DNA from: Ostreococcus lucimarinus
Lineage: Eukaryota
NCBI GenBank assembly: GCA_000092065.1
Contig: CP000586.1
Strand: one strand, 5' to 3'
DNA length: 64,000 bases
In this document: in pieces, positions 56,701 to 64,000 of the stretch
Layout: each line of letters opens with the position of its first letter
How positions within the stretch are numbered: position 1 is the first letter of the stretch
The notes under the pieces: generated by a model
Told to the model about the DNA's origin: nothing
What the model saw: only the letters and a program-made list of their open reading frames with translations
Database searches by the model: none
Made by a program: the position numbers and the translations under genes

Positions 56701-59700
56701 AGTACGGACTCGAGCTTGCAGGAAGACTTGTGAAAGTTGATGTACTCAAAGAGAACGGTTCGCACGGCGCTTCGTAACAGGCCCAAAAGCGGAGCGACGG
56801 TACCCGCGCGCGCTGCGACAAAGTTTGACACATCTCGATCATCGATGGCGTGCGCTTCGTCGACAACAGATTTGACATCATTGACGACATTACGTACGGC
56901 GTGTACGATGTGCTCGAGTCGTTTCGGGTTCATAGCACCGCCCACCGCAGCTTCGTACGTCGTCATAGAGCCTTCGGCTTCTTCCTCCTCGTCTTCACCT
57001 TCTGCGACGATTTCACGTTTGATCATGATTGGTTTCGACGAAGCATCGACGCCTTGAACCCAAATCAAAGTCGATTGTACGACAGTTTCGATGTTTTCAC
57101 TCAGTTTTCCGATGCGCTTTGAAATAGACACGACGTCTCCGGCGACGTTTTCGCCCCCTGGCGAGACGCCGTTCGTGAAGTCCTTTTCAAATCTGGTAAC
57201 GTCCAAGTCCACAATGGAACGCAAGAAATCCCAGCCAGGCACCGCATTTGCACCATGCATTCCGATATCACCAGTGGTCAATCGTACTTCGGCTTCGACT
57301 TGCGCACTCGCAAGTAACTTCTTTACGCGCTTGAAGTCGTCGAAATTTGCCTGGATGGCGGCCACAGCGTCACTCGATGCGACGGCGTTCAATCGCCAAG
57401 GTTCCAATGACGGACGATCGTTGCCCACACGTATATCTACACTTTCTAGTGTACACGCGAGGAATGGCTCGAGACGCGCCCGGGCGCGGTGCGCCAGATC
57501 TTTGCATTCAGTTAAAGCCGTCACAACCGCGGCCGTAGTGGGTTTTACCTGCGACAGAGGCTCTGCCGCGGAAATCGCCCTGTTGAGTAAACTCACGTCG
57601 ACACACGCCGTCGCAAAACGATCGATGATATCGCGCTGTTCAATCAGCCATGATTCTGCAAACCGCTGGGATGGAAGATTTCCGTGCGCACTCAATGCGT
57701 TGAGCGACGAGTAAGCGATATCGATATCCGCCTCTGCTCCAGCGGCGGCGGAAATCGTAGACCTTTGCGTGCGCAAAATGTGTAACAAATGCTCACACGA
57801 TAGTGTCGCAATCTCCACTTCGCGACTCGTCAAGTCTGGATTCTGCGCCCCGCGCATAAGCCAGAGACGCTGAATTCGAGCCATTGAACGATAGTAGTAC
57901 TTGTCCGCCGCTCTAAAAGCATTGGTCGCGTCCTCGCCGAGGATGGCGAGGCATCGAGGTTCCTTCATTGCTTTCTCCATGAACCACATCGTCGCAGCGC
58001 GATACTCTACCGGCACAGCGCCTCGAGAGTGTTTAATTCCCATGGCTGGCAAAGTTTTGAGCAAGTCCTGAAAAGCCTTCTTCTTGATTGCCTTCTTCGC
58101 TGCCTTGTCGTCTCGAAGCGCATTCGCGCGCTTTGCGATTGTCACGGCAAAGTCATCGAGAGATTCAGCTCCGGCGGTACGCACGTCGTAACCATCTTCG
58201 CCGTTCAACGCTCGATCTAGAATAGTTCCCATGCGTTTCACCAGTGATGGAAGGCGCGCGCGGTAAGAGGTTTCATCGACATCAATCGCGGCTGGATGGT
58301 ATTCCTTTCGGATTTGTTGCGCCACTCGCGAAGACGTTTCGACCGCATTCTTCGTGCGAGCGCTCGCTTTAGCGCACGCTCCGTTCCATGCATCCCGCTG
58401 TAATCGTAACGATTCTAGTTCTGCTTGTCGCATGGTGTCGATTTCAGCTTGACGAGCGAGCTTGACGGCTTCGAGCTCCTCTTTCGATGGTTTCGCCGCA
58501 TTCGGAAGTATCGGAGTCTGAGTTTGTGTACCATCGTCGACAGACAACTCCTTGAAACCTGTTTGTGATGCAGCGGTCTCCAAGACTGGTAGTACTAGTC
58601 CATTGAGAGCGGTGTCAAACGCTCGAACGAACTTGTGCAATGATCGCTGATTCGCTTCGCCCTGGACCTTCATCGCGTGATAGCCTCGATCTTCCCATTT
58701 CGCGAGCTTGGCGTGATCTCGAAGTTTAATCTCGCATGGTTTGCGAATCGTCTCAATATGTTTATCGACGACGCTCGAAAACTGAGAGTAGTATCGCCAA
58801 ATGTTGTACAGAACTGCGCAAAGTGCGTCATCGTGGCTGCTGGTACTTGCACCTCGCGCCTTGCACGCGCGCGTTTCGACTTCCAACTCGGCGAAAAAGC
58901 ACCAAATCAATTCCAATCGCGTTTCAAACTCACCGATTGTCGAACCTTGAAGATATTCTTCCAGTGCAACGGTAAGACTTCGAATCTTCTCAACGTCAAC
59001 GTTGTGGATTTCATCTTCCGGAGCATCATCGCCAGACAAAGCGCGCGACTTCATCGAGCTGAGTAAACGATAAATGGCAAACCATGTTCGCTTGGCTCGA
59101 GATGCGTGTCTCTCGCTACAACGAGCGAGAAGCCGCGGCCAAGTACGAACTTCGCGCGCACGCCAACGAAGTGCGAGCTTTGCACATTCGTTGAGCTCAT
59201 TCTTAAGCGATGTGTGCTCTGCCGAAGACTCCTCCCAAATCTGCGCTCGAGCGAGAAGGAGCTCGATACCTGTCAAACCAGCCTTCACTGGGCCCAATAG
59301 CGGCAAAGAGAGCATTCGATCGCATAATTCGGCGAGTTGCGTCAAAAGAGGGTGTTCTGGCCATTCGTCGAGCAGTTGCGTCAGCCTTCGTCGCGCCGCC
59401 GCCACGGGAGGAACGATAAGCGCCATTTCTCCTGGGCATCCGCCGACGGTGAGCTCGTCGTCGAGCGCATCTGCCGCTGCGTCTTCATCTAGCTCGGCTT
59501 GACTTCTCTTCGTTCTCGCTCTCAGCGCTTCTTCTTCCTCTGGCGTCGCTTGCGATTCGTACGGTGACGTGCCAAGCGTATCAACCGAAAGCGCTGGGCG
59601 CGACACGGCGGAATACTCCAACGCCACGCGGAGGGAGTGCCCGAAGCGCGACGCATAATCGACGGCTACTGGAAGCGATAATTGACTCGCTTTCAAGACA

Positions 59701-62700
59701 GATATTCCTGTGTCATACGACCGCGCAAACTCGGACGCGCGTAATGCTTCATCGGTGTTTAAATTTCGCACGTATTTGCCATACTTGGTCAAACGCATTG
59801 ATTGAACAATCTTCTCCTGGGCGCTCAATGATTCCTCAGTCGAGTGCGCAGGCGCACCGCGAAGAGTGGCAAGAGCCGCGTAGTGAACGTTCACAAGCTC
59901 TTCAGCGAGTTCGCCTTCGAGGATGCCGGCTAAGCGTGCTGCGCGGGTGATGTCCACTTCGTCATCAACCTCTTGAGATTTTGGCTCATCTTCCACGCAA
60001 TCGTGCTCGAGCATCAGGGGCGCATCCGGCGCATCCTTGAAATCGGCGAAACCTGCGGCAAAATCCTTGAAAGCGATGCGATATGCGCGCTCCTCCGTCT
60101 CTTGGTCGTTCGCTTCCGTAGATTCATAGGAGCTTGGACCCTTGGTGGCTTGTTTGAATATTTCGGTGGCGAGCCTATCGGCCTCTGCGTCTTCTTCTCG
60201 ACAACTGTCGTAGAGCGCAGAAAACGCTGCAAAGCATTTGCTCAAACGTTGCCAACTCTTCATGCTCAGCGCACCTCCGCGACGAGCTTCGGACAGAGCA
60301 CTCGTAAGCGCAACGCGTAGCGCACCTAGCTCTAAATCGCCCGATTTCGGGTTGGACGGAAGATGCGCTGCCGCCGCATTCTCCGCACTACTGAGTGCTC
60401 GTAGCACTCGATCTTCGCTAAGCATCAGCGCTGCTGAACCTTCGTAGGCGGCGTTGACGACCGTCGGGAACGAAAACAATGCGACCGCGGCGGAAACTAT
60501 TTCGCCGTTATTTTTCATGCGCGCACGCGCGGCTTCGGCGGCGAGAGCGACACCACGGCGAATCTCGTACACCGCAAGTTGAAGCGGTTGCGTCATATCG
60601 CGGTACGACGAATACTCATCATCCAATAGCGAGCTCCACTGCGCGCTCGATCCGAGCCACGTCTCAGCTTCCATGATCGTGGTTTCATCTGGCTTGAGTG
60701 CAGAACACTTTTGCAGCAGCTGAAGCAGCCTCTGCGCAGAGGCCAAACCTTCGCGGAACTGTACGACGACACGGCGAAGCGCGGCCCATCGTGACGGCGT
60801 CGGGCGCGGAAGGGCTAGAGTCCTTAATCTCTCGCGCTCAGACGAAAGACGTTCATCAAGTTGTACGCAGTCAACTAAACTCTGAGCGTCGCCGCTCGGC
60901 GCGGATGGCGTGCGTTGATGCCAAGTAATTACACCGATGAGTGGCTGGACTTCGCGCTCGAGCGTCGTGTCCAAATGCCAGAGCTCTGTCCGCACGGTGA
61001 CAGCTGGATCGGATAACCCGGCTGGAAGCAGAAGATTGAGACGAAGCACACCAAGAAGCGCCCACGCAGCGCCGCGACGCCCCTTGTCGCGCGCGCCAGA
61101 ATCACCGGAAAGGGTTGCACTTTTCACAACATCTTTGTGCGATGCTCCCTCGCACACCGCGACAATCAAAGGCTCGAGTACGGCTTCACGCATAGCTGCG
61201 AGCGGCGAGTACGCATCACACAGATGTGCGCATGCTGTTTTAAGCATTTTAATTGTGCGCGCAGCTTCGTTCGCCGTTTGCATCGCACCATCGCTGACCA
61301 ACTTCATCATCGCATCGACGGCATTCACCAGTGCGGTAGCGCTTTCGCCACCGTCTTCGAGCAACGTCACATGGCTGAGCAGCATTTGTGCGGTTAGCCC
61401 TGCAAGCGAAATCCAATCTTCGATTGATGCATGCACGGGGTTTGCGCGCTCGAAGCGTAAAAGCCTTGATGCCATGCGCAACTGTACCATACGAGGCAAA
61501 CGCTCGGCGCAGCCAATATTGGCGTCCGTCACAATGCCGGACACGAACGCCGTCGCCGTGGCGCGTTCAAATCGAATCGGTCCCGAAGCGGATGCCCAAA
61601 ACGATGACATTGTACTTTCGGACGACGCGTCAGCCTTAGCTTTGGGTAACAGCGCGCGAGGAACGCCGTCAATGGCGTTATCCCATTGCGATGCGTGCCA
61701 ACGAAGCCACATATCGTGCAGATGTTCAGCTAGCCCTTGTGACTTTTCAGACGCGTTGGCGCCGGACGCATCACCGTATAACCAGAGCAAATGACGATGC
61801 GCTACAAAGTCAGCGGGTGATCTTGGGGATGCTGCGATACCGAACGTGACTCCTTGTGCTGCGAGCATCGCTTCGCTTTTACTCATGACCTTTCCATCAC
61901 GTTCGGTCATTAATCGTGCGGTCAGTTGGCTGAGAAGCTTTGACTGCGATGAAATTGACCAAAGCTCGGCGATTGGATTCAGCGTGGAGTGTAGCCGCGC
62001 AACAGCTTCCCACTTTAACGCCCAGGCAGGAAAACCAAGCGCTGGGTATGCCGGTACGGCTACGTCAGCGATTGCCCCGAGTTTCCATGGCTCATCTTTA
62101 TCGATAGACTTCAAAAGCTCTTGCGCCGGTAAATCAGAGATATGCCGTCGCTCGCGCAACTCGCTGTTTTCGTCGTCCATTGATATTTCCATGGCAACAC
62201 CGGATGTTTTCGCTCGATCAGCGCATTTCAAACCTAGTAGCCTCGGGATTTCACCGGCTTCGACTTCCATTTCGGAGCTCGTCGAGATATCTGCGTTTGC
62301 CTGGATGTGCGTCCACGCGAAGAAGCATAGTCCTTCCAATGCAGCAGATCGTAAGCCTACTCCGGCACCGAGTGCCGCGCACGACGCCGCAAATGTAGAT
62401 TCGCTCAGAGACGTTTCACCTCCGAATCTTTGCCTCGTCAATAAATGATCAAGATCTGATGCAAACGTCGAGCGCACTTGCAAGGCGTGACAAATATCAC
62501 GTACGTTCTTTTCCATATCGAATAGTGTCGACGTCTTAGGCAGGGACGGTCTGCCGGCGTACTTCCACAAAAGAGGATCGATGGGTTTACCGGGTGGGAT
62601 TTCCAGCGCTTCATCCATAATTGCGGCAGCGCTTTGCAGTTGCTCCGTGATTAGGCTGCACGAGTCAACACCGACGCTCCAATTTTCCAACACGACGGCA

Positions 62701-64000
62701 AACGCTTCGCGAACTTTAGTCCACGCCACGGCGATGGTTTCCACGACATCTGCCGACGCCACGCATCCAGAAGCCGGATCAATCTTGAAACTGTCACCTC
62801 TCGTGGTCATGGTAAGCTGTTCCAAACGAATACGCCAATCTTGAAATTCTCGAAGCAGATTGAAATGCTCGCGAGGAAGCGATTCGCCGATTGTGCATAC
62901 AAGTCGAAGAAGGTCGTCTTCAAAGCGAGCGCAACTGCCCAAGAGCACACTCGCAACGTCAACGCAGGCGTGTACGGGCGCCGCACGCGCACGCGCCACT
63001 TGATCTTGACTGCGCCAAATAGACAATTGCAGACACGAAGGCGCGCCGAGGTTGACAGTCTCGTTCACGTGCCGCACGTGGAGCTCTGTTTTTGCCTTTT
63101 GCAACACGCCTCTTACGATGAGCGACCGCAATGATGAATCAGCGACATGAACGGACTTGACAAATGAATGTTTAGCGACGATATCCAAGGCGTTTAAAAC
63201 GGCCGAGAGTTCGTCGCTAACGGTAGTCATAGAACTTACGTTGCTCACCCGTGCGAATGCAGAAAGTCTCGCAACAATTCCGTTGAAGTTTTGCGAATCA
63301 TCATTCGCTATGGCGACATCCAAAATTCGTTGCGCGCTCGCGTTGAGCGTGACACTTAATTCAGAGATACACTCGGCGTCGGTTTCGTCCAAAGTTGAGT
63401 CGAATCCAATGCGTCGCATCGATGAAGCCACTGGTAACGCGCCAGCGATTAGCGGCGAAAGTGAATGCACGTCACCCGTGCTCGCCAATTGACCTGCAAC
63501 CTGAGCAATCACACCCTCGAACAATGCGGTTTGCGCACGATGCTTACTCTCAACATCGTGTGCATTGTAGCTCAGAGTCTCGTTCATGATGCTGATATTT
63601 GGCCAGCACATTGGTTGCAACATGACGGAACGCGCCGTAGCATCGTCTGCAGCGTGCGCCCCGGTTGAGATGTTGTGCAAAGATGAAAACGCGTGTTCAC
63701 ACGCAGCCTTGAATGCATCGCGCGCGGCTTCGCGTATGACTGCACTTGATTCACCTCTCATGTATACTTGACTCCAACTCGTCGACAATGCAACTCGCAC
63801 ATCGTGCCCACGTGATAGAAGTTCGAGCGTCAACGTTGCCCATTCCACAATGTCTCGAGAAGAAATCCCCTTCATACCAGGTTTGGATACAAAATTCCCG
63901 AGATTCACGTGCGCAGCTATCATGATTGTTTGAACAAACCCACCTGGAATTCCGATAGATTCGAGAATTTTGGCGATATCGTTCTCTACCGTTGGCGTTG
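53769..64000 (-). CDS. MDN1: Midasin (MDN1/Rea1), C-terminal ~3400 codons: helical linker, long Asp/Glu-rich region, C-terminal VWA/MIDAS domain; N-terminal AAA ring lies beyond the window end
   Basis: C-terminal MIDAS (YQVMLAIDDSRSMAENHCG ... LVLIIADGRFHEKEALRRCMRE), about 600-residue D/E-rich segment, enormous single ORF. The frame remains open upstream of the track M at 63923 through position 64000, so the gene continues off-window. Confidence 0.85.
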   Translation of the reverse strand, partial: TPTVENDIAKILESIGIPGGFVQTIMIAAHVNLGNFVSKPGMKGISSRDIVEWATLTLELLSRGHDVRVALSTSWSQVYMRGESSAVIREAARDAFKAACEHAFSSLHNISTGAHAADDATARSVMLQPMCWPNISIMNETLSYNAHDVESKHRAQTALFEGVIAQVAGQLASTGDVHSLSPLIAGALPVASSMRRIGFDSTLDETDAECISELSVTLNASAQRILDVAIANDDSQNFNGIVARLSAFARVSNVSSMTTVSDELSAVLNALDIVAKHSFVKSVHVADSSLRSLIVRGVLQKAKTELHVRHVNETVNLGAPSCLQLSIWRSQDQVARARAAPVHACVDVASVLLGSCARFEDDLLRLVCTIGESLPREHFNLLREFQDWRIRLEQLTMTTRGDSFKIDPASGCVASADVVETIAVAWTKVREAFAVVLENWSVGVDSCSLITEQLQSAAAIMDEALEIPPGKPIDPLLWKYAGRPSLPKTSTLFDMEKNVRDICHALQVRSTFASDLDHLLTRQRFGGETSLSESTFAASCAALGAGVGLRSAALEGLCFFAWTHIQANADISTSSEMEVEAGEIPRLLGLKCADRAKTSGVAMEISMDDENSELRERRHISDLPAQELLKSIDKDEPWKLGAIADVAVPAYPALGFPAWALKWEAVARLHSTLNPIAELWSISSQSKLLSQLTARLMTERDGKVMSKSEAMLAAQGVTFGIAASPRSPADFVAHRHLLWLYGDASGANASEKSQGLAEHLHDMWLRWHASQWDNAIDGVPRALLPKAKADASSESTMSSFWASASGPIRFERATATAFVSGIVTDANIGCAERLPRMVQLRMASRLLRFERANPVHASIEDWISLAGLTAQMLLSHVTLLEDGGESATALVNAVDAMMKLVSDGAMQTANEAARTIKMLKTACAHLCDAYSPLAAMREAVLEPLIVAVCEGASHKDVVKSATLSGDSGARDKGRRGAAWALLGVLRLNLLLPAGLSDPAVTVRTELWHLDTTLEREVQPLIGVITWHQRTPSAPSGDAQSLVDCVQLDERLSSERERLRTLALPRPTPSRWAALRRVVVQFREGLASAQRLLQLLQKCSALKPDETTIMEAETWLGSSAQWSSLLDDEYSSYRDMTQPLQLAVYEIRRGVALAAEAARARMKNNGEIVSAAVALFSFPTVVNAAYEGSAALMLSEDRVLRALSSAENAAAAHLPSNPKSGDLELGALRVALTSALSEARRGGALSMKSWQRLSKCFAAFSALYDSCREEDAEADRLATEIFKQATKGPSSYESTEANDQETEERAYRIAFKDFAAGFADFKDAPDAPLMLEHDCVEDEPKSQEVDDEVDITRAARLAGILEGELAEELVNVHYAALATLRGAPAHSTEESLSAQEKIVQSMRLTKYGKYVRNLNTDEALRASEFARSYDTGISVLKASQLSLPVAVDYASRFGHSLRVALEYSAVSRPALSVDTLGTSPYESQATPEEEEALRARTKRSQAELDEDAAADALDDELTVGGCPGEMALIVPPVAAARRRLTQLLDEWPEHPLLTQLAELCDRMLSLPLLGPVKAGLTGIELLLARAQIWEESSAEHTSLKNELNECAKLALRWRAREVRTWPRLLARCSERHASRAKRTWFAIYRLLSSMKSRALSGDDAPEDEIHNVDVEKIRSLTVALEEYLQGSTIGEFETRLELIWCFFAELEVETRACKARGASTSSHDDALCAVLYNIWRYYSQFSSVVDKHIETIRKPCEIKLRDHAKLAKWEDRGYHAMKVQGEANQRSLHKFVRAFDTALNGLVLPVLETAASQTGFKELSVDDGTQTQTPILPNAAKPSKEELEAVKLARQAEIDTMRQAELESLRLQRDAWNGACAKASARTKNAVETSSRVAQQIRKEYHPAAIDVDETSYRARLPSLVKRMGTILDRALNGEDGYDVRTAGAESLDDFAVTIAKRANALRDDKAAKKAIKKKAFQDLLKTLPAMGIKHSRGAVPVEYRAATMWFMEKAMKEPRCLAILGEDATNAFRAADKYYYRSMARIQRLWLMRGAQNPDLTSREVEIATLSCEHLLHILRTQRSTISAAAGAEADIDIAYSSLNALSAHGNLPSQRFAESWLIEQRDIIDRFATACVDVSLLNRAISAAEPLSQVKPTTAAVVTALTECKDLAHRARARLEPFLACTLESVDIRVGNDRPSLEPWRLNAVASSDAVAAIQANFDDFKRVKKLLASAQVEAEVRLTTGDIGMHGANAVPGWDFLRSIVDLDVTRFEKDFTNGVSPGGENVAGDVVSISKRIGKLSENIETVVQSTLIWVQGVDASSKPIMIKREIVAEGEDEEEEAEGSMTTYEAAVGGAMNPKRLEHIVHAVRNVVNDVKSVVDEAHAIDDRDVSNFVAARAGTVAPLLGLLRSAVRTVLFEYINFHKSSCKLESVLTALFLGLSVEGFCIPPEEADGEAGGGMMDDQSGTGMGAGEGEKDVADEIENEDQILGMEDLEKEEEEHKDKGGGEEEEDGGIEMQNDFEGVMEDVDAGGDDEDEDDPREDMEKEMGEDGDDGDVIDERMWNDEDDKDDEKNEAPEKYEKGSSVKQDEKQETETRAAEEDDDGPPKDPDQGEESGEDEKDRPKENDQSGAPDANDDGKQNEEEVEENHGKNPSLPEPEEFELDDLKLEEEDEQGEDAEDDANDESMQNEDAEELDGAPPEDVNADEQNENADGEMNEDGDGGLTDDVMDVDDDEVAQADDEEEGATDHLQDDAIAADDAMDEDGEEGGLQGQGDGGGGDQDVNETQGQGGEAGANAQGSDGQGEEETKQQAHGAMDTDVNEGNDGRQLPLPQSSTDIPSAGADGEGTGAGASGGEGTVAPMTGGPASDGDKKTPPPPQRQQDANPHRSLGDALKSWRERLNVVGDAAENDTAGDQGGDDGGGEGDEYEFERAAEKGGVDDEDGKDNKGIQTLGNATEEQATKNSLNDVPEESEDEDEEGLEPMEMRQDSRVDATDEGDQGPGNDDEREDDGASAAMKRQRKSSEPKKDIASTDAQTAAIDGEEADEDETMTERELVAGGEGETGEESTIALQLEHTSLGGAGEVVHELTPEDVELARIEAEQSLTQWREKSAKERGNEANAQNLWRKLEQLTTALSAELAEKLRLILEPTLASRLQGDYKTGKRLNMRKIIPYIASDFRKDKIWLRRSRPSARKYQVMLAIDDSRSMAENHCGHIALESMVLLARAMARLEVGEIGVVGFGAGANAVRTLHPLGAPFTDQEGPSLVSKLSFAEDNTLADRPMVQLLETMAARLSVAREQIRGGGTKLQQLVLIIADGRFHEKEALRRCMREVGAQRGLLVAFIVLDNPQNSLLNMQSVSFTGGKPVMKKYLDSFPFPFYVLVQDVSQLPATISDLLRQWFEMATSHD

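Noticed and set aside
63923-64000. Track start codon (M at 63923) for the 3384-aa midasin ORF
   Set aside because: The frame stays open upstream to the window edge (…TPTVENDIAKILESIGIPGGFVQTI-MIAAH…), and midasin's AAA ring is missing, so the gene continues beyond the window; 63923 is an internal Met.
1-64000. Expectation of a prokaryotic accessory or defence island (operons, mobile elements, toxin-antitoxin, CRISPR-Cas)
   Set aside because: Gene content (myosin, syntaxin, SNAREs, SPT5, midasin, ATG7, spliceosomal introns, TGTAA poly(A) signals) is unambiguously eukaryotic nuclear. No integrase, transposase or reverse-transcriptase-like ORF, phage gene, rRNA or tRNA is detectable, and there are no operon-like co-directional blocks.

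Overview
This window reads as compact, GC-rich eukaryotic nuclear DNA rather than a prokaryotic locus. I count about 30 protein-coding genes on both strands with very short intergenic spacers. Genes alternate head-to-head (65 bp to a few hundred bp) and tail-to-tail (49 to about 250 bp), and only a few have introns, which are short (105-180 nt, GT..AG). Several genes are plant or plastid-type: class II DAHP synthase, an SSIII-type starch synthase with CBM repeats, Hcf106/TatB, a CURT1-like protein, plant-type ferredoxin, a nuclear Ycf45-like ATPase, Hsp33, a bacterial-type GluRS, a DUF212 protein and AMT1. TGTAA-type polyadenylation signals follow several stop codons. I infer a green picoalga of the Mamiellophyceae (Micromonas/Ostreococcus-like); I could not run a search to confirm this. 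Recognisable genes include an ABC1 kinase, a Cid1/Trf4-type nucleotidyltransferase, a VAMP7-like longin R-SNARE (2 exons), a DEP-domain membrane protein, an SDP1-like patatin lipase, ATG7, a class-3 lipase, a syntaxin, a myosin XI, DNA topoisomerase III, RPL14 (3 exons, 12-nt first exon), a secreted LRR protein, SPT5, a 3-exon telomere-type double-Myb protein and the C-terminal ~3400 codons of midasin. The exon 1 calls for the VAMP7-like, RPL14 and Myb genes are inferences. The six-frame track allowed GTG/TTG starts, so I reassigned many starts to the first in-frame ATG. The many long antisense ORFs in CG-rich tracts are composition artefacts. I found no CRISPR array, mobile element, rRNA or tRNA gene. 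Five things deserve a second look. The five introns share sequence blocks and look like an introner-like family. The CURT1-like thylakoid protein carries a perfectly repeated Lys-rich N-terminal extension. Several regulatory regions contain structured repeats or dyads, including a TCGA-rich array before the Myb gene and a 12-bp perfect inverted repeat between DAHPS and Ycf45. Bidirectional promoters are extremely short and convergent gene ends lie extremely close together. The window also contains several lineage-unusual proteins: a DEP/DUF1336-like fusion, an acidic orphan, a secreted LRR protein and DUF924.
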